From: Magallana gigas
Lineage: Eukaryota
Length of the DNA: 64,000 bases
Direction: 5' to 3'
Assembly: GCF_963853765.1 (NCBI RefSeq)
Contig: NC_088855.1
Coordinates: 11,284,001-11,348,000, forward strand
Of the stretch, positions 1-12,007 are shown piece by piece; position 1 is the stretch's first letter; the number at the start of each line of letters is the position of its first letter. The notes beneath the pieces were generated by a model, which saw only the letters and a list, made by a program, of their open reading frames with translations, made no database searches and was not told where the DNA came from. The position numbers were made by a program, and so were the translations under genes.

Positions 1-2
1 AT

Positions 3-896
3 TACGCGTCTTGTTTTTTTCATTCTAAAATATATTCCTTTGCAACCAAGCTAAAACCGTATCTCTTCCAAGTGTCATTGGATTTTCTTCTACTAGCAAC
101 TTTGTTCATTGTGAGGACACTTCCATCCTGTGGTATTTTGAGACAGAACACATACTTGTATTTGCAAAATATTTCGATCGAAAACAAATCCACGACACAT
201 ATCATGGATCAGAGAAAGAGTGCAGTCATCTCCATGGCTATTGGACTTGTCCTTCACATTCCTTTTTTAGTAATGGCATTGGTTATTCGTTTTGTTTTTA
301 TTGACAATATATACAACATAAGAGAGATATGGCAAAACCTCGTTATCTTTCAAAAAGTACTAATGTCAACAGCGATTTTTGTTGCATTTTCACACATTAG
401 AGATATAAAGACAGACTCGGGCGTTTGGAGACTAGGAGCCAGTGACTATGTACTTCTATCTTGCAGTGTTGGTAAAGTAGTCATGCAAGCTTTTGATATA
501 CTTACAGCTACGTATTGTGCAGAAATTCATATTCTTCTAAGTAAAGGCCTGATATCTCTCGTGTTTTACTTCTATCAGACATTGTACATACTTATATCTA
601 AAAGATCTTCACCGTCGTTTCGGAACCAATCAAATGTAGTTGTGTTTGTCCATGTCTTGCTGTTGACACTGAGTGTTACCCAGTGGATTACTACAACATT
701 TATACTCAGCGTGCAAGGGAATTTTGTTTTAAATGAAGGAATTGGCTGTTTGTTTGAAAGCCCTATTGTTTGGAAGGTGTTGCAATATATTAGTGTACCA
801 TTTACGATGTACTACGACTTCCAATCTGCAATGCATAATTACAGTATTCTACCTACTTTAGATTCGCTAATCATGGGTAAAAAAATAGCTTTTTAA
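3..896 (+). CDS. Otopetrin-like protein, copy A (5'-partial; derived YYD type)
   Basis: The frame is open from base 3 (YASCFFHSKIYSFATKLKPYLFQVSLDFLLLATLF...), upstream of the listed ORF at 72. It aligns by eye to TM6-TM12 of the other copies: TM6 PYLFQVSLDF and TM12 WKVLQYISVPFTMYYDFQSA, versus the otopetrin consensus YPFNIEY and PFxIFYRxH. Confidence 0.85.
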   Translation, partial: YASCFFHSKIYSFATKLKPYLFQVSLDFLLLATLFIVRTLPSCGILRQNTYLYLQNISIENKSTTHIMDQRKSAVISMAIGLVLHIPFLVMALVIRFVFIDNIYNIREIWQNLVIFQKVLMSTAIFVAFSHIRDIKTDSGVWRLGASDYVLLSCSVGKVVMQAFDILTATYCAEIHILLSKGLISLVFYFYQTLYILISKRSSPSFRNQSNVVVFVHVLLLTLSVTQWITTTFILSVQGNFVLNEGIGCLFESPIVWKVLQYISVPFTMYYDFQSAMHNYSILPTLDSLIMGKKIAF

Positions 897-1582
897 ATAC
901 TTGCATGAACAGACAATTTGATTCATAGTAAAATAATCCTATATATATTGCACTGAAATAATCCCCGCATGAATTGTATTGTTATATCTGTATGTTTGAT
1001 ATTCGGACGTTGTTTTAATTAATAAATTTCAATTTCCAAAAAAATTGATTAATATTTGCTGAAAAGAATATGTGTCTAAGATTTTTTATATTGTTTTATA
1101 AGGACATAATCCTATAAAACTCATTAATTCTCATAACAATTGTTTCGCTATAATTTTATTAAATGTTTTGAACCCAAACGATACAATTACGCAAGAAAAA
1201 TTTTGTATTTTACTATCCATAAGATGAACTAATCGATCTTTTCCAGTTTTTTTAGGGGAAGAAATCATCGATTGATGTTTGAAAATGTATTATATGAATA
1301 TTGTAATAACATATGTATGATTTGTATATTCAGTTATCGTGACTCCATAAGATACCAATGAGCAAACCACTGTTCTATACCCCCCCCCCCCCCTGCGAAG
1401 ATTCATTCAATGATTTAATCTAAAAAAATAAAATATTTGACCATAAATCTGGAAGTTCCTTTTACACATATGAATTTATAAATTTCATACACTTATGGTA
1501 AAGAAAAAATAAAACAATTAAGTTCCGTCGAACAAGGAAATGTGTTTTTGAACTTTAATTTTTGTTTAAAATATATATCTTG

Positions 1583-3094
1583 GACGAAAGAGACAGCAAA
1601 GAGAATGCCGTCCTTCATGGACTCAACGGTAAAATATTGAAAACCATTCTCTGTTTTCCTTTTGTGATGGGACAAAAAAGGTTCCTGGCTGGGATTCCAT
1701 GGAAACAAACTCCAACCGCGCTATTGTGTTAATTGTATGCCTCGTTTCAATCTTTGACGCTGTTATTGTTGTGTTTCGTATCCAACACATGCACGACGAA
1801 TATGAAGATCTAAGCAGCGAGTAATGATACGTTACTTCATATCTGATGACTATAGTAACAATTTATCTCTTCGTTTTACTTATAATATCATATTTTAATC
1901 TCTGGGGTCAACCGCTTTCTTAACGTGTTTTCGAAACTGATTATATCCCCTCCTCTAATTAAGTTTCAACTGGGATTTCTTTGGCCATTTGGCCTAGTCT
2001 TGATTGTAAAGATTTCGTTAACAATTGCAAAACAATAACTAAAAATACAATGTACCAATGCCGAAAATCTTTACACTGAAATCGCAAGTATATATAGGAT
2101 CATCATACATGATGATTGCATTTGTATTATCCCAAACGACTTTGATTTTCTTAACACGGTAGTCAAGATTTTGTAGACATTTGTAGATTTTGTTTTCAGT
2201 TGGACCAATCATACTATCTAATGGAAGCATTTGGTTTCACCTTTTACTTGCGGTCATCGCCGAAAATCTTACTCAACGGAATGGAATCTAAAGTTGAATA
2301 ACAGTGATAAGCAAACAAAAAATTCATGATTTTATGCCACTTTATCTCCTATCCATTTTGATATTTTTTCTAGCTTTTTCCTTCTTGTTTTATCTTAACG
2401 ATTTGGAAAAGGTTAATAACACTCAAAGACGATTTGCCAAGTTCAAACAAATTGAAAACAAATAGTACACGGAAAGTGAAGATTGTTTCTGCTGCCCTTG
2501 GATATGTTATTAATATTCCATTCTATTTAATTTATCTATGCCTATGATTTGTATATTCTGATACAGAAGTGATGCATGATACATGGACTACAATCAAACG
2601 TGTTAAAAAGTCATTGATGTTGTTGCTGATTATTATTGCTTTTTCATGCCTCAAACAGAAAGAAACAATTTTACGTTCGAGTGGCTTTGAATTCAGTGAT
2701 TGATCTTTTTCTTCTTTGTTGTTTTGCCGGAAAAGTTGCTCGACATGTACCGAGAACTATCACTGCTTGGTACTGCTACCGTGGTGCAAATCCACTGTTA
2801 TTTAAGGGTTTGATATCTGTTGTATTTATTTCTACAACACGATGTACGTAATTATACCAATGTGTCCATGTTTATCCATGTTTTACTCTTTACACTGAGC
2901 ATGGCACAACGGATCGTTGCAGGCCTGATTCTCAGCATGCAGGGTGACTACATGTATGTTGTTAGCGAGGGACAGGGTTGTTTATTTCAGAACCCACATA
3001 GGGGACCATAATACAATGCTCCATCACACCATTTTCTTCATACTATAATTTTCAATGTGCAGTGCATTTTTATAGTCAGATTGTAAAATCATAG
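1583..3094 (+). pseudogene. Otopetrin-like pseudogene, copy B
   Basis: Fragments across frames match paralog segments: GKILKTILCFPF, KFQLGFLWPFGLVLIVKI, AFVLSQTTLIF, ILSNGSIWF, KVKIVSAALGYVINIPFYL, LFLLCCFAGKVA, MFIHVLLFTLSMAQR, EGQGCLF, PFSSYYNFQCAVHFY*. There are several in-frame stops (e.g. TGA 2545-2547) and frameshifts. The 5' boundary is approximate. Confidence 0.85.
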
Positions 3095-5535
3095 AATCTA
3101 AAAAAGTACACTTGGTATGTTTAATCTTAAACAGAATGCTTTCTAGACGAGATTTTTGTCATCAATTTCTGGATATATTTCTATACATTTTATGAAGAAC
3201 TTAATTCCTTGGACGAATCAAATTATTATACATTTATGAGTTAATATAACAGCTTACACACAATACAATTCATGATTAGAGTGGCTATTTATATTGACGG
3301 AAGAACTGTTTACTTCCTTAGTGAACAATTGAAGCTTTTATTTTGATTTTTTATAGATAACGAGAAAAAAGCTTTAATAAAATCAAAGTCATTATCAATC
3401 ATAAGGAAGAATAGGATTTCCTTATTTTTTAAGCGGAAGAAAATGTATTTTTGCTTTGTTTTAACAACTTTTCTATTATATTCTAGATGAATGTTGTATG
3501 TATTAATTTTGCTGGTAAAACTTGGTTTTGTTTCTTATTCTAATACAAATTATGACAGCTAACTTGTAAAGTCCAATTAATGTCTCTGTTATAATTGATA
3601 AGAGTGAAATATTAAATAGTGGTCATAATTCTTCCGAAACAATATGAATTCTTAAAATTTGATTGAGCCTGTCAAATATAATTCATTATTCAAATTGGCT
3701 TCTAGGTACCTCGAAGTACGCAAGGGACACGTGTTTATTTAAAAATGCATACATATTAATGTTTTATTACTTTATATAAAGTAATTTGATATGATTTCAT
3801 TACTGAGTTTTTTTTGCTTGTTATTTTTATTTAGGCTAATTAATGAGAAATATTTTCAAATCACAACATGCATGTGTTGTTCTTGTATTCCTCTTCATAT
3901 AATAATGAACTTGTCTTTATTAATTTTTTTATGCATATTGACAAATTTCATGATCATGCTCTTTATTTATTTTAATTTTTGAAGTTAGTGCAAAAGATAA
4001 AATTCTATATCTTAGATTTGGCGGTCGCCCAATGAAACAATAACTATACACACTTGTAATTTTAAAGTTTCAATCGTAATTAGTGGCCATGGCAACATTG
4101 ATGATTCTTGTTTTACATCCCAAACAAGAAAGCTACTTGAGCTGTGGAAACAGATGCTAAAATATTTGCTCGCCTACTCCGTACTAAACTTAGCAGAGCT
4201 AAGTTGGTCTTCATCATTTTGAGACTAAATCAGATATGAGGAAAATTTCTTTACTAAATGTTATTTTTAGTTTTAAATCAATTGTTGATCAATCATCCTC
4301 TTTGATTCAAAATATTCATATAATATTTATCATCAACGATGTGCACTCATTGATATTCTATTTATATGGAATTTGATAATAGATGCTAAATCTGTCAGGC
4401 GTTAGTTCTTTTTACATGGCATCCCAATAAAGATATGTAAAAATTTAAACATAAATTTAAAATTTAGGTTTCAAATCGTTAAAATTAGCAAATATCTTTT
4501 TTAATTATGTTTTCTAGCTTTCCATCTTCCCTTAGTCGAAATAATTGCCCCATAGATCATAATGCCTACGTACATGTACTAACGGCTAAATATGATTTTT
4601 GTGAGTTGAAAATCCCCTTTCTTTTTTGTCTTTACTGTACATTTAATCTGATATAAGATATTTACAAATGTATGTTGTTTAGTTTAACTATAGAACACAG
4701 AAAAAATATGTTCCTTATTATGCCCCTTCTCTAATGACTGACGTCACTTTTTCTTATCCTTTTAAATTACCTACTTACTCTAGACTGAAATGTTTTCCTT
4801 AGGAAACAGCTTATCTAGATATCTATAACGGAAGCTTTTCCCTCATTCACAATCACCAGAATTTTCTCTCGATTGTTATACAGAGAAAGAAGTGCATTTG
4901 TATATTTCAAGTCATTTAGAAGGTGCATGCTTTACATGTGGTAGTTAATGATAAACTGCGGGAATGATCGCTGTGTTGTTTTCAGGCATAATATTAAGAT
5001 GGCTAGGTATTCAACAAATTAAACATCAGATCTACCTAAATTAATGATTTGTTTAGCGTTAGACTATTATTTAGTAAATAAGAAAATCGATACATTTTAT
5101 CTTTTGGTATTTACCTATATTAATTTTTTTAAGAGTACTTCTTCTAATGGACACCAAAACTATCGAGCCCTTTCATATAAACTTTGGACAAAATTTACAT
5201 GTATTATGAGCAGCCTCAAATAAAAATAGACCCGAATTTTTGACACGGTTCCGTCTCTTATCAAATACAACAATCACTGCCCAAGTCATCTCATCTAACT
5301 GTATCAAGGACAAGGTTAAATATGGGTTAAGATTTTGGGACAACTTCTCTGGATGTGGATTTGAACTTGATAAAACTGTTTAATTAATATGTTCCACACT
5401 TTCCCCGATAATGTCCTTCAGAGTTGCATGTGATGCCGTCTTAAAGCATCTCTCTGGTGCGGGCATGGTACAGCGCATTGTGCTGGTGAGACTTCTGTAC
5501 GTTTTACTCTTTGGAATTGCAGATCAGATCGTTAA

Positions 5536-5950
5536 AGCTGAACACCGATCGTAAATAGGCACTGTCCGCCAAATTTCATTTTCATCTCTGCTATCCCTTC
5601 AACACTTAATATATAAGCTGCACACTTCTTTAAAGGTGAAATTATTTCGCTGCAGGGGTCACACCTGTGTCGATTTACATATTACATTGCCATTTTACTC
5701 GGTCGTGATAAAATTATAAAACTTTTTGCTCTTTTTTTCAAGCCAGAAGAATACTAACATCTAATTAACAGGTCGATGCATTATTGACAAACTAAATATG
5801 CATATAAAATAAGAAATAAATGCATAAAATCAAAGATAACAAAAGGAATACTAAACATCGTCAACGAGCTTTAAGTGTGCAATTAAGTGTAACGAAATCA
5901 ATTGTTTATATACCTGTGTGGCGGTGACTACTTACTAACGGTGTTCAGCT
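5536..5950. mobile_element. Non-autonomous Kolobok-like DNA transposon (MITE)
   Basis: Terminal inverted repeats AGCTGAACACCG / CGGTGTTCAGCT, imperfectly extending to about 35 bp, flanked by TTAA at 5532-5535 and 5951-5954. RR..YY termini with a TTAA duplication fit Kolobok. Confidence 0.7.
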
Positions 5951-6991
5951 TTAACACTTATTATAAATAAAGCATTGCAAATGCAAAGTACGTGTATGTG
6001 TAGTTGTGATTAATGCAACGTCATAAAACTAATGAATCTTTTAAATCTTCATATATTCAAAAACGGAGTCATATGCTTAACAAATTAAAAATCTTTTTTT
6101 AAGGATAAAATATTTTTTAAAATGAACAAATTCAATATGGCTTAATTAACTTTGTCCTTGTTGAATTTTGCTCTAAAATAAGGAAACATTATTTTCGTGT
6201 ACGGAAACAGTCAATTTCTAATCGTTTGTTTTTAAAGTAAATCACTAACACGTCCTTCTATAGATAAGTTATCAAGGAAGTAATACTTTGATATTTCCCT
6301 GTCTGAAAGCGGCTTATGGCGTGTTGAATTCCCTCGAACTTTACAAAAAAAGGATACGTAGTCGCCATTGAGTGGAATATGTAGTCAGTGTTTCTAGACA
6401 AAGGTTTGTATATAGACAAACTTTTTATTAGACCGACATTATAAAACATTTCAAATAAATAATTATGATGTAAATTATAAATATTATATTTGTAAATACT
6501 GTTCATTGTAAATTTTACGCATTGTACACAGTGTATTAAGTTGAATTGACCTGACTTTTTTTTTAGGTTTATATTTAACCGAAATGGAAAGATTTGCGTT
6601 TAATTTTCAGAATCTAAAAAGATTTTACAAGGATTATTAAACAATTAAGCTATAGCGTTTCATCTTTAACAATAAGTAATTAGAAAATGTTTTCCCCGAA
6701 AACTTAGTTAAGTAGTTGGATTGAAGCGCATGTTAAGTTTAGCGAATAAAATATATTTAAGAAAAATACGAGAACAAAATGTTGATATGAGCATAAGAAT
6801 AAGAAACATATGATATTTGAAAAAATTATAAAATTGATCATATTTTTTTTTCAATATTTAAATGTTATGAAGAAGTTTTATGGTAATATTAATGATAAAA
6901 TTTTCCATTATTTCTATATCTGGAATGCATGTACATGTAAATATTTGTACCGGTATGTATGTTGATTTATAAATGTATCTTTGTAGGAAAC

Positions 6992-8542
6992 ATGAAAACT
7001 TTTTCATGGCTTCATGGCATAGTGAAAACGATATTGTTACCGTTTTCCTCTGGAACTTCTCCTACAGCTCAACCAGATGAAAGTAACATGAACGAGGAAA
7101 TATCGCCTACACTAACATTTGCGCACTTGGTTTCTTGTTTCTGTATAGTCCTTGGAATCTACTCCGGAAAACAAACGACTGATGATACTGCGCGTGCAAT
7201 TGTCTGGGGGTTAGTAATGGGACTCGTCAGCTGTGGAGTTATAGCCTTGGTCGTGCTCATATTCTCCAATTCAGTCATCATACCTCAGTCTGAAAATACA
7301 GAGACAAAAGATTATTCCATGAACTTGAGGATTATTTTCCTTTGGTTATTTGGCCTTGCAGTCATATTGCAAAGCGCTGTAAATTTTGCTATAGATCTGG
7401 AGTGTGTCCAAAAATTTCCTGAAGAAAACATTATTTACATTGGATTTCTTAGTTCATCTGTACTTGTCTTATTCATCATATTGCAAATGGGAGCCATAAC
7501 ATACTTCAGAAATCATTATTTTAACAAATCTGTACAGATAAATTTTGCGGTCGTGTTTATCTCTTTGGCTAATTTTGGATTGTGGTTCAACTCTGTTGTT
7601 AGTAACTTAAACGATACGTATACTACGAATCCAAACATATCCCATATGATTATTTTCAAAAATGCGACCAGCTGTTACTTTGATTCGAAAATCCAACACG
7701 CTCTTAATAGCAAGCTAACTCCTTTTTTACTACCTACCCGTATGGAATTTTTCATTTTAGCATCCAGTTTCTTTATATCATTTTGGCATTCCTCATCAAA
7801 GCAACAAAACTGTCATTCACGTGTTATCAGCGAAGAATTAATACACGGAGTTTGTGATGAAACTACCGCCCTTTTGCCCAGGAGCACTGAAAATCGCGCT
7901 AGCCACGTTTTCGCCATCATGATTTCAATATTTCTCAGCCTGCCTACCTTTTTGACATGGCTGCTACTGTCCTTCGTTTATAAAGACGACAGTGACCATC
8001 TAAACACTGCCTACGAAATATGTCATTGCTTTAATTCCCTTGCCATAATCGTCATAGTTTACATTACTTTTGACAACCTGTCCAGAAGATACATTATTAG
8101 AGAGAACCATCGCCCTCTTACGACTAGTGAAACTATTCTGGTGTTTAGTTCGGCTGGGGTGGTGGCCTACAGCACATATGGACTGCTCTTTGCTCTCCAG
8201 TCCCAAGTAAGTGAACACATGGCAGCTTTATTCCGAAACATATTTTGGATTTTGGAAACATTTTTACAAACATCTCTTTTGATACAGTGTCAGCGGTACG
8301 TACTGTCAGAGAAAAGATCCAAACTCCTCTCCTCGTTTGCCCTGGTTATAACTATTACAAATTTAATCAATTGGTTTCTGTACTCTGTTTATCAAAATGG
8401 GCCGACAGAAGGAAGAGAGCTAATCGTCGGAAACAAACGTAACTGGGCGTACGTTAAAACAATACTGGTACCGTTGTTAATCTTTTACAGGTTTACCTCT
8501 GCTATGAATTCATATTCCCTCTACAATCAAATTAAACCATGA
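6992..8542 (+). CDS. Otopetrin-like proton channel, copy C (canonical-motif copy)
   Basis: Uninterrupted ORF with about 12 hydrophobic segments. Otopetrin motifs: IILQMGAI (TM4 Gln), LANFGLW (TM5 Asn), LLPTRMEFFILAS (TM6 Glu), ILETFLQT (TM10 Glu), TNLINW, PLLIFYRFTSA (TM12 FYR). The ORF opens at 6959, but a polypyrimidine-AG acceptor at 6985-6986 favours ATG 6992. Confidence 0.9.
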   Translation: MKTFSWLHGIVKTILLPFSSGTSPTAQPDESNMNEEISPTLTFAHLVSCFCIVLGIYSGKQTTDDTARAIVWGLVMGLVSCGVIALVVLIFSNSVIIPQSENTETKDYSMNLRIIFLWLFGLAVILQSAVNFAIDLECVQKFPEENIIYIGFLSSSVLVLFIILQMGAITYFRNHYFNKSVQINFAVVFISLANFGLWFNSVVSNLNDTYTTNPNISHMIIFKNATSCYFDSKIQHALNSKLTPFLLPTRMEFFILASSFFISFWHSSSKQQNCHSRVISEELIHGVCDETTALLPRSTENRASHVFAIMISIFLSLPTFLTWLLLSFVYKDDSDHLNTAYEICHCFNSLAIIVIVYITFDNLSRRYIIRENHRPLTTSETILVFSSAGVVAYSTYGLLFALQSQVSEHMAALFRNIFWILETFLQTSLLIQCQRYVLSEKRSKLLSSFALVITITNLINWFLYSVYQNGPTEGRELIVGNKRNWAYVKTILVPLLIFYRFTSAMNSYSLYNQIKP

Positions 8543-9479
8543 TAGTATCATTTCAAGCAAATGGTGGATATAATTATGAGCAAAGTTTACATAAAATGGT
8601 TTATTGAAAAAACAAATTCAAATTAAAATGAAATATGTCTGTACCTATGTTGACTTCTGGTTCATATTGTGCATGTATATGAAAATGTATCAATGAGTTG
8701 TTCATTATTCGCGATGCATGTATATGAATGTATGAAAATATAGTAAGTAAACTTTGTAATACAAAGATAAATTAGTTAATGAGGGTATTTAGCAAAAGTA
8801 CACAGCATGGATGGCATTCAATGTAGTTCTTAAAACTGAAGTAATTTATCAATAATGATTGTACTCATACAGAATATCAGAATAACTGTTGTATTAGTAA
8901 AAAAGGAGTTGAAGTATTGTAACTTGATTATTCATATAGTTCTACAATCATGATGACAGAAAATAGTCTAAACTGAAGTATCAAAAAATAAAAAAAGTTA
9001 ATATGTTTTAGAAAGACTTTAATTGTAGTTGCGCATAGCTAGTTCAAAAACATGCAGTCTTGTTATTATCTTTAGTTATACTAGTATTTTTGACAGAAAA
9101 ATAATGAGTAAAATAAGCAGATATTGTTGTTGTGGATATACCTGTAGTTGTTTTGAATGTTTAGTTGTATTGATTTAAGTTATCGTTGTGCACTTAATTG
9201 TTGTCCTACTAAAGGTAAAATGAAAATACGAAATAGAAGTCGTAACAGTAGTTTAAGTTGTTTTTCTACTTCAAGAAGTTGTTATTATTTTTAGAGTTTT
9301 AGAGATATCGCCGTAGATGTCGTTACTAAGTGTACGCTTTGTAGCTTTAATTCTAAAATTGACTGCAGGAAAATTATAAATACGAGCTGTTGTAATTGTC
9401 AATATTAGATTCAACAGTTGTTGTTCAAGTAATGGTGTTTGTGAAAGATATAAATAGCAGCAGCTAAAAAAGATGTTCA

Positions 9480-10087
9480 AGAAATACATTGTAGTTGTAA
9501 AAGCAGCAGTAAAAAAAGAGTTTTGTGGTAGTAGAAAAAGTAGAAGTAGCTGTAGCAGTAAAAGTAGCAGTAGTATTATTATACATACTATTCAAATTAA
9601 TAACTATAGTTGAAGTATATCTAGAACTAATATTATCAAACGAATCGTTGTATAAGATAGATAAATAATTATTTTGTCTTAGACGTTGAAGTAGTAGAAG
9701 TAGAAGTAGTAGTAGTAGTTGCAGTGGTAAAATTAGTGGTAGTATTAGTAGCAGTAAATCTAGAAATAGTAGTGCAGTAAACGTAGTAGTCGTAGTTGTA
9801 GCAGTAACAGTAGTTGTTGTAGTAGTAGTAGATGTAGTTTCAGTAGTAATAGTAGAAGTAGTATTAATAGCAGTAGAAGTAGTTGTAGTAGTAGTAGTAG
9901 TAGCAGTAGTACTAGTACTAGTAGTAGAAATAGTAGTAGTTGTAGTAGTAGTAATAGTAGTAGTAGTATTAGCAGTAGTAGTAGTTGTTGTAGTAGTAGA
10001 TGTTTTTTGCAGTGGAAATGGTAATAGAGTAGTAGTAGTAGTAGCAGTAGCAGTAGAATTAGTAGTAATAGAGTTGTAGTAGTAGTA

Positions 10088-10139
<52 letters not shown>

Positions 10140-10390
10140 AAGTAGATGTAGTTGCAGTAGTAATAGTAGTTGATTTATCATTATTAATAAAAGTAGAAGT
10201 AGTAGTAGAAAAAGTAATATCAGTAGTAGTTGTAGTAGTGATAGTAGTATTATAATAGTATTTGTAGTAGTAATAGTAGTAGAAACAGTAGAATTAGTAA
10301 TTGAAAAAAGTTGTTGGAGTCCTAATAGTTGAAGTGGTAGCTAAAGTCATAGTAAAGAAGTAGTACATGTAGTAGTAATAGTAATTTTTT
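9480..10390. repeat. Degenerate (AGT)n / (TAG)n simple-sequence tract
   Basis: Long imperfect agtagtagt run, purest at about 9880-10140. Confidence 0.9.
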
Positions 10391-11009
10391 TATATACTTT
10401 GGGTACATGTTATAAGTAAAGTAATATTGCTGATATAGCACTTATTTTTTAACATGAAATTTAGTAATAGTGGTGTTCATAGAGAATAGTATCATAATGT
10501 TATGTTGGTCTTTAGAAACAATGCAACAGTTTGCAATGTTTTAAGGTTTTAATGTTGATTTTATGCTTTTGTTTGTATGTACATTTTGAATTCGAATATA
10601 ATATAATGTACGTTAAGTTACATTAAAAGAAATATTCTGAATTTTAGCTTTGTTTTATGAAGTCCAAATCGATCGCTTTCTTTATTTATTTTTGGTGTGC
10701 ATTATGCCTCTGAACACACAATTAATACAATAGTTGATAATCAAAGGGCTGAAAAGATGCCATTTTTGATCTTCCAATTGTTTCCTCTATTAAACCATTT
10801 TTTAAAGAAGAGATTAACACCTCTTTCTAGTTTTACTAACCGACAGGATATAAAACAAACTTAAAAAATAAACCATGAAAAATAAAGACATAAAATCACA
10901 ATGGTAAAAAGAAACAAATAGTTCCTAGGACGAAATCTTTACTTTTGAAATTAGAAAAAATACATGTTACAGGTTATGAATTTAAATGTCTCGTTATCAA
11001 TGTATTCAA

Positions 11010-11200
11010 GAAATGCAGTGGACAATGCATTCGCTTCGCAACGCTGCGACGCTAGTTCGATCCCCATGATCAACAGTAGTTTTTGATACGGTATGTGACG
11101 ACCGCTTGGACACGTGGATTCTCCGGCTTCCTCCCACAACAATGACCCAATCGCGCTTTCACCCGTGTCAACGAGAGATAATAATATAAGTTTTAAAACG
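11010..11200 (+). mobile_element. Degenerate tRNA-derived SINE (V-SINE-like)
   Basis: A-box-like tgcagtgga, B-box-like agttcgatccc, and a V-domain-like TCTCCGGCTTCCTCCCAC near 11120-11137. Confidence 0.55.
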
Positions 11201-12007
11201 TGTTCTACAATCGCCGAAAATAAAAAAAGTTCAGTTTTATGTTTTTTATGTTTTTCATATGGGTATAACGGTTGTGATCATTTCAGGAAAAAACAAGAAA
11301 AAAATGTTCATGTTACAATGTAACGTTAAACTACTCACTAAAACGTTCCCTACATGTATGTGTACTTATCGTGACCGTTATACTAGATACACAAAGAGTC
11401 AGAGAAGCATGTTCTGCTTCTTCTTACAAAACTTACATTTACCAAGAAAAAGAATACCAGGTAAAGTCTCAAAAGACTGGATATATGGTTATAAGATTAA
11501 GAATAAATCAGAAAAAAAAAACATACAGGGATTTGAAATGATTTTTTAAAATATATGCGCGAAAATGCTCCATGCAATTAGTCGTGGTAATGTTTCCCCT
11601 TCTTCTTAATAATATTTATTTGAAGTGTTAACAACAGCTGTAATAACTTATTAAATTTAAAATTGAGTTTTTATGATCATTCCTTCCTTCATTTAGATAA
11701 ATTCTTATCCTGTGTCATTTTTTTTTTAAATTGAATTCATGCAAAGAACGATCGACATAATTTTTTTACCATATTCACAAGGTTAGTGATCGTTGAGGTA
11801 AAATTCATATATCCAATTTTCTAAAAATAAAGTTGGATATAATTTTCTAATTTGATTTATAACTGATATTGATATATTAAACTAACCATTTTGAAACAAT
11901 ATTTAAAATTGAGATAAATGATGGAAACAAAATCATCCTCATGCATGCAAAACTTAGCAAACATAATTCGATATGTAAAATCGACTTCTCTTGTTGTCTT
12001 TAGCAAT

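Noticed and set aside
6959-6991. Upstream in-frame extensions of copies C (6959), D (11918), F (27639) and H (39958)
   Set aside because: They run through polypyrimidine-AG acceptor sequence or start at TTG, and are not conserved between paralogs.
9480-10390. Possible Ser/Thr/Val-rich mucin-like coding region
   Set aside because: It is an imperfect trinucleotide tract with no start, splice context or sustained ORF.
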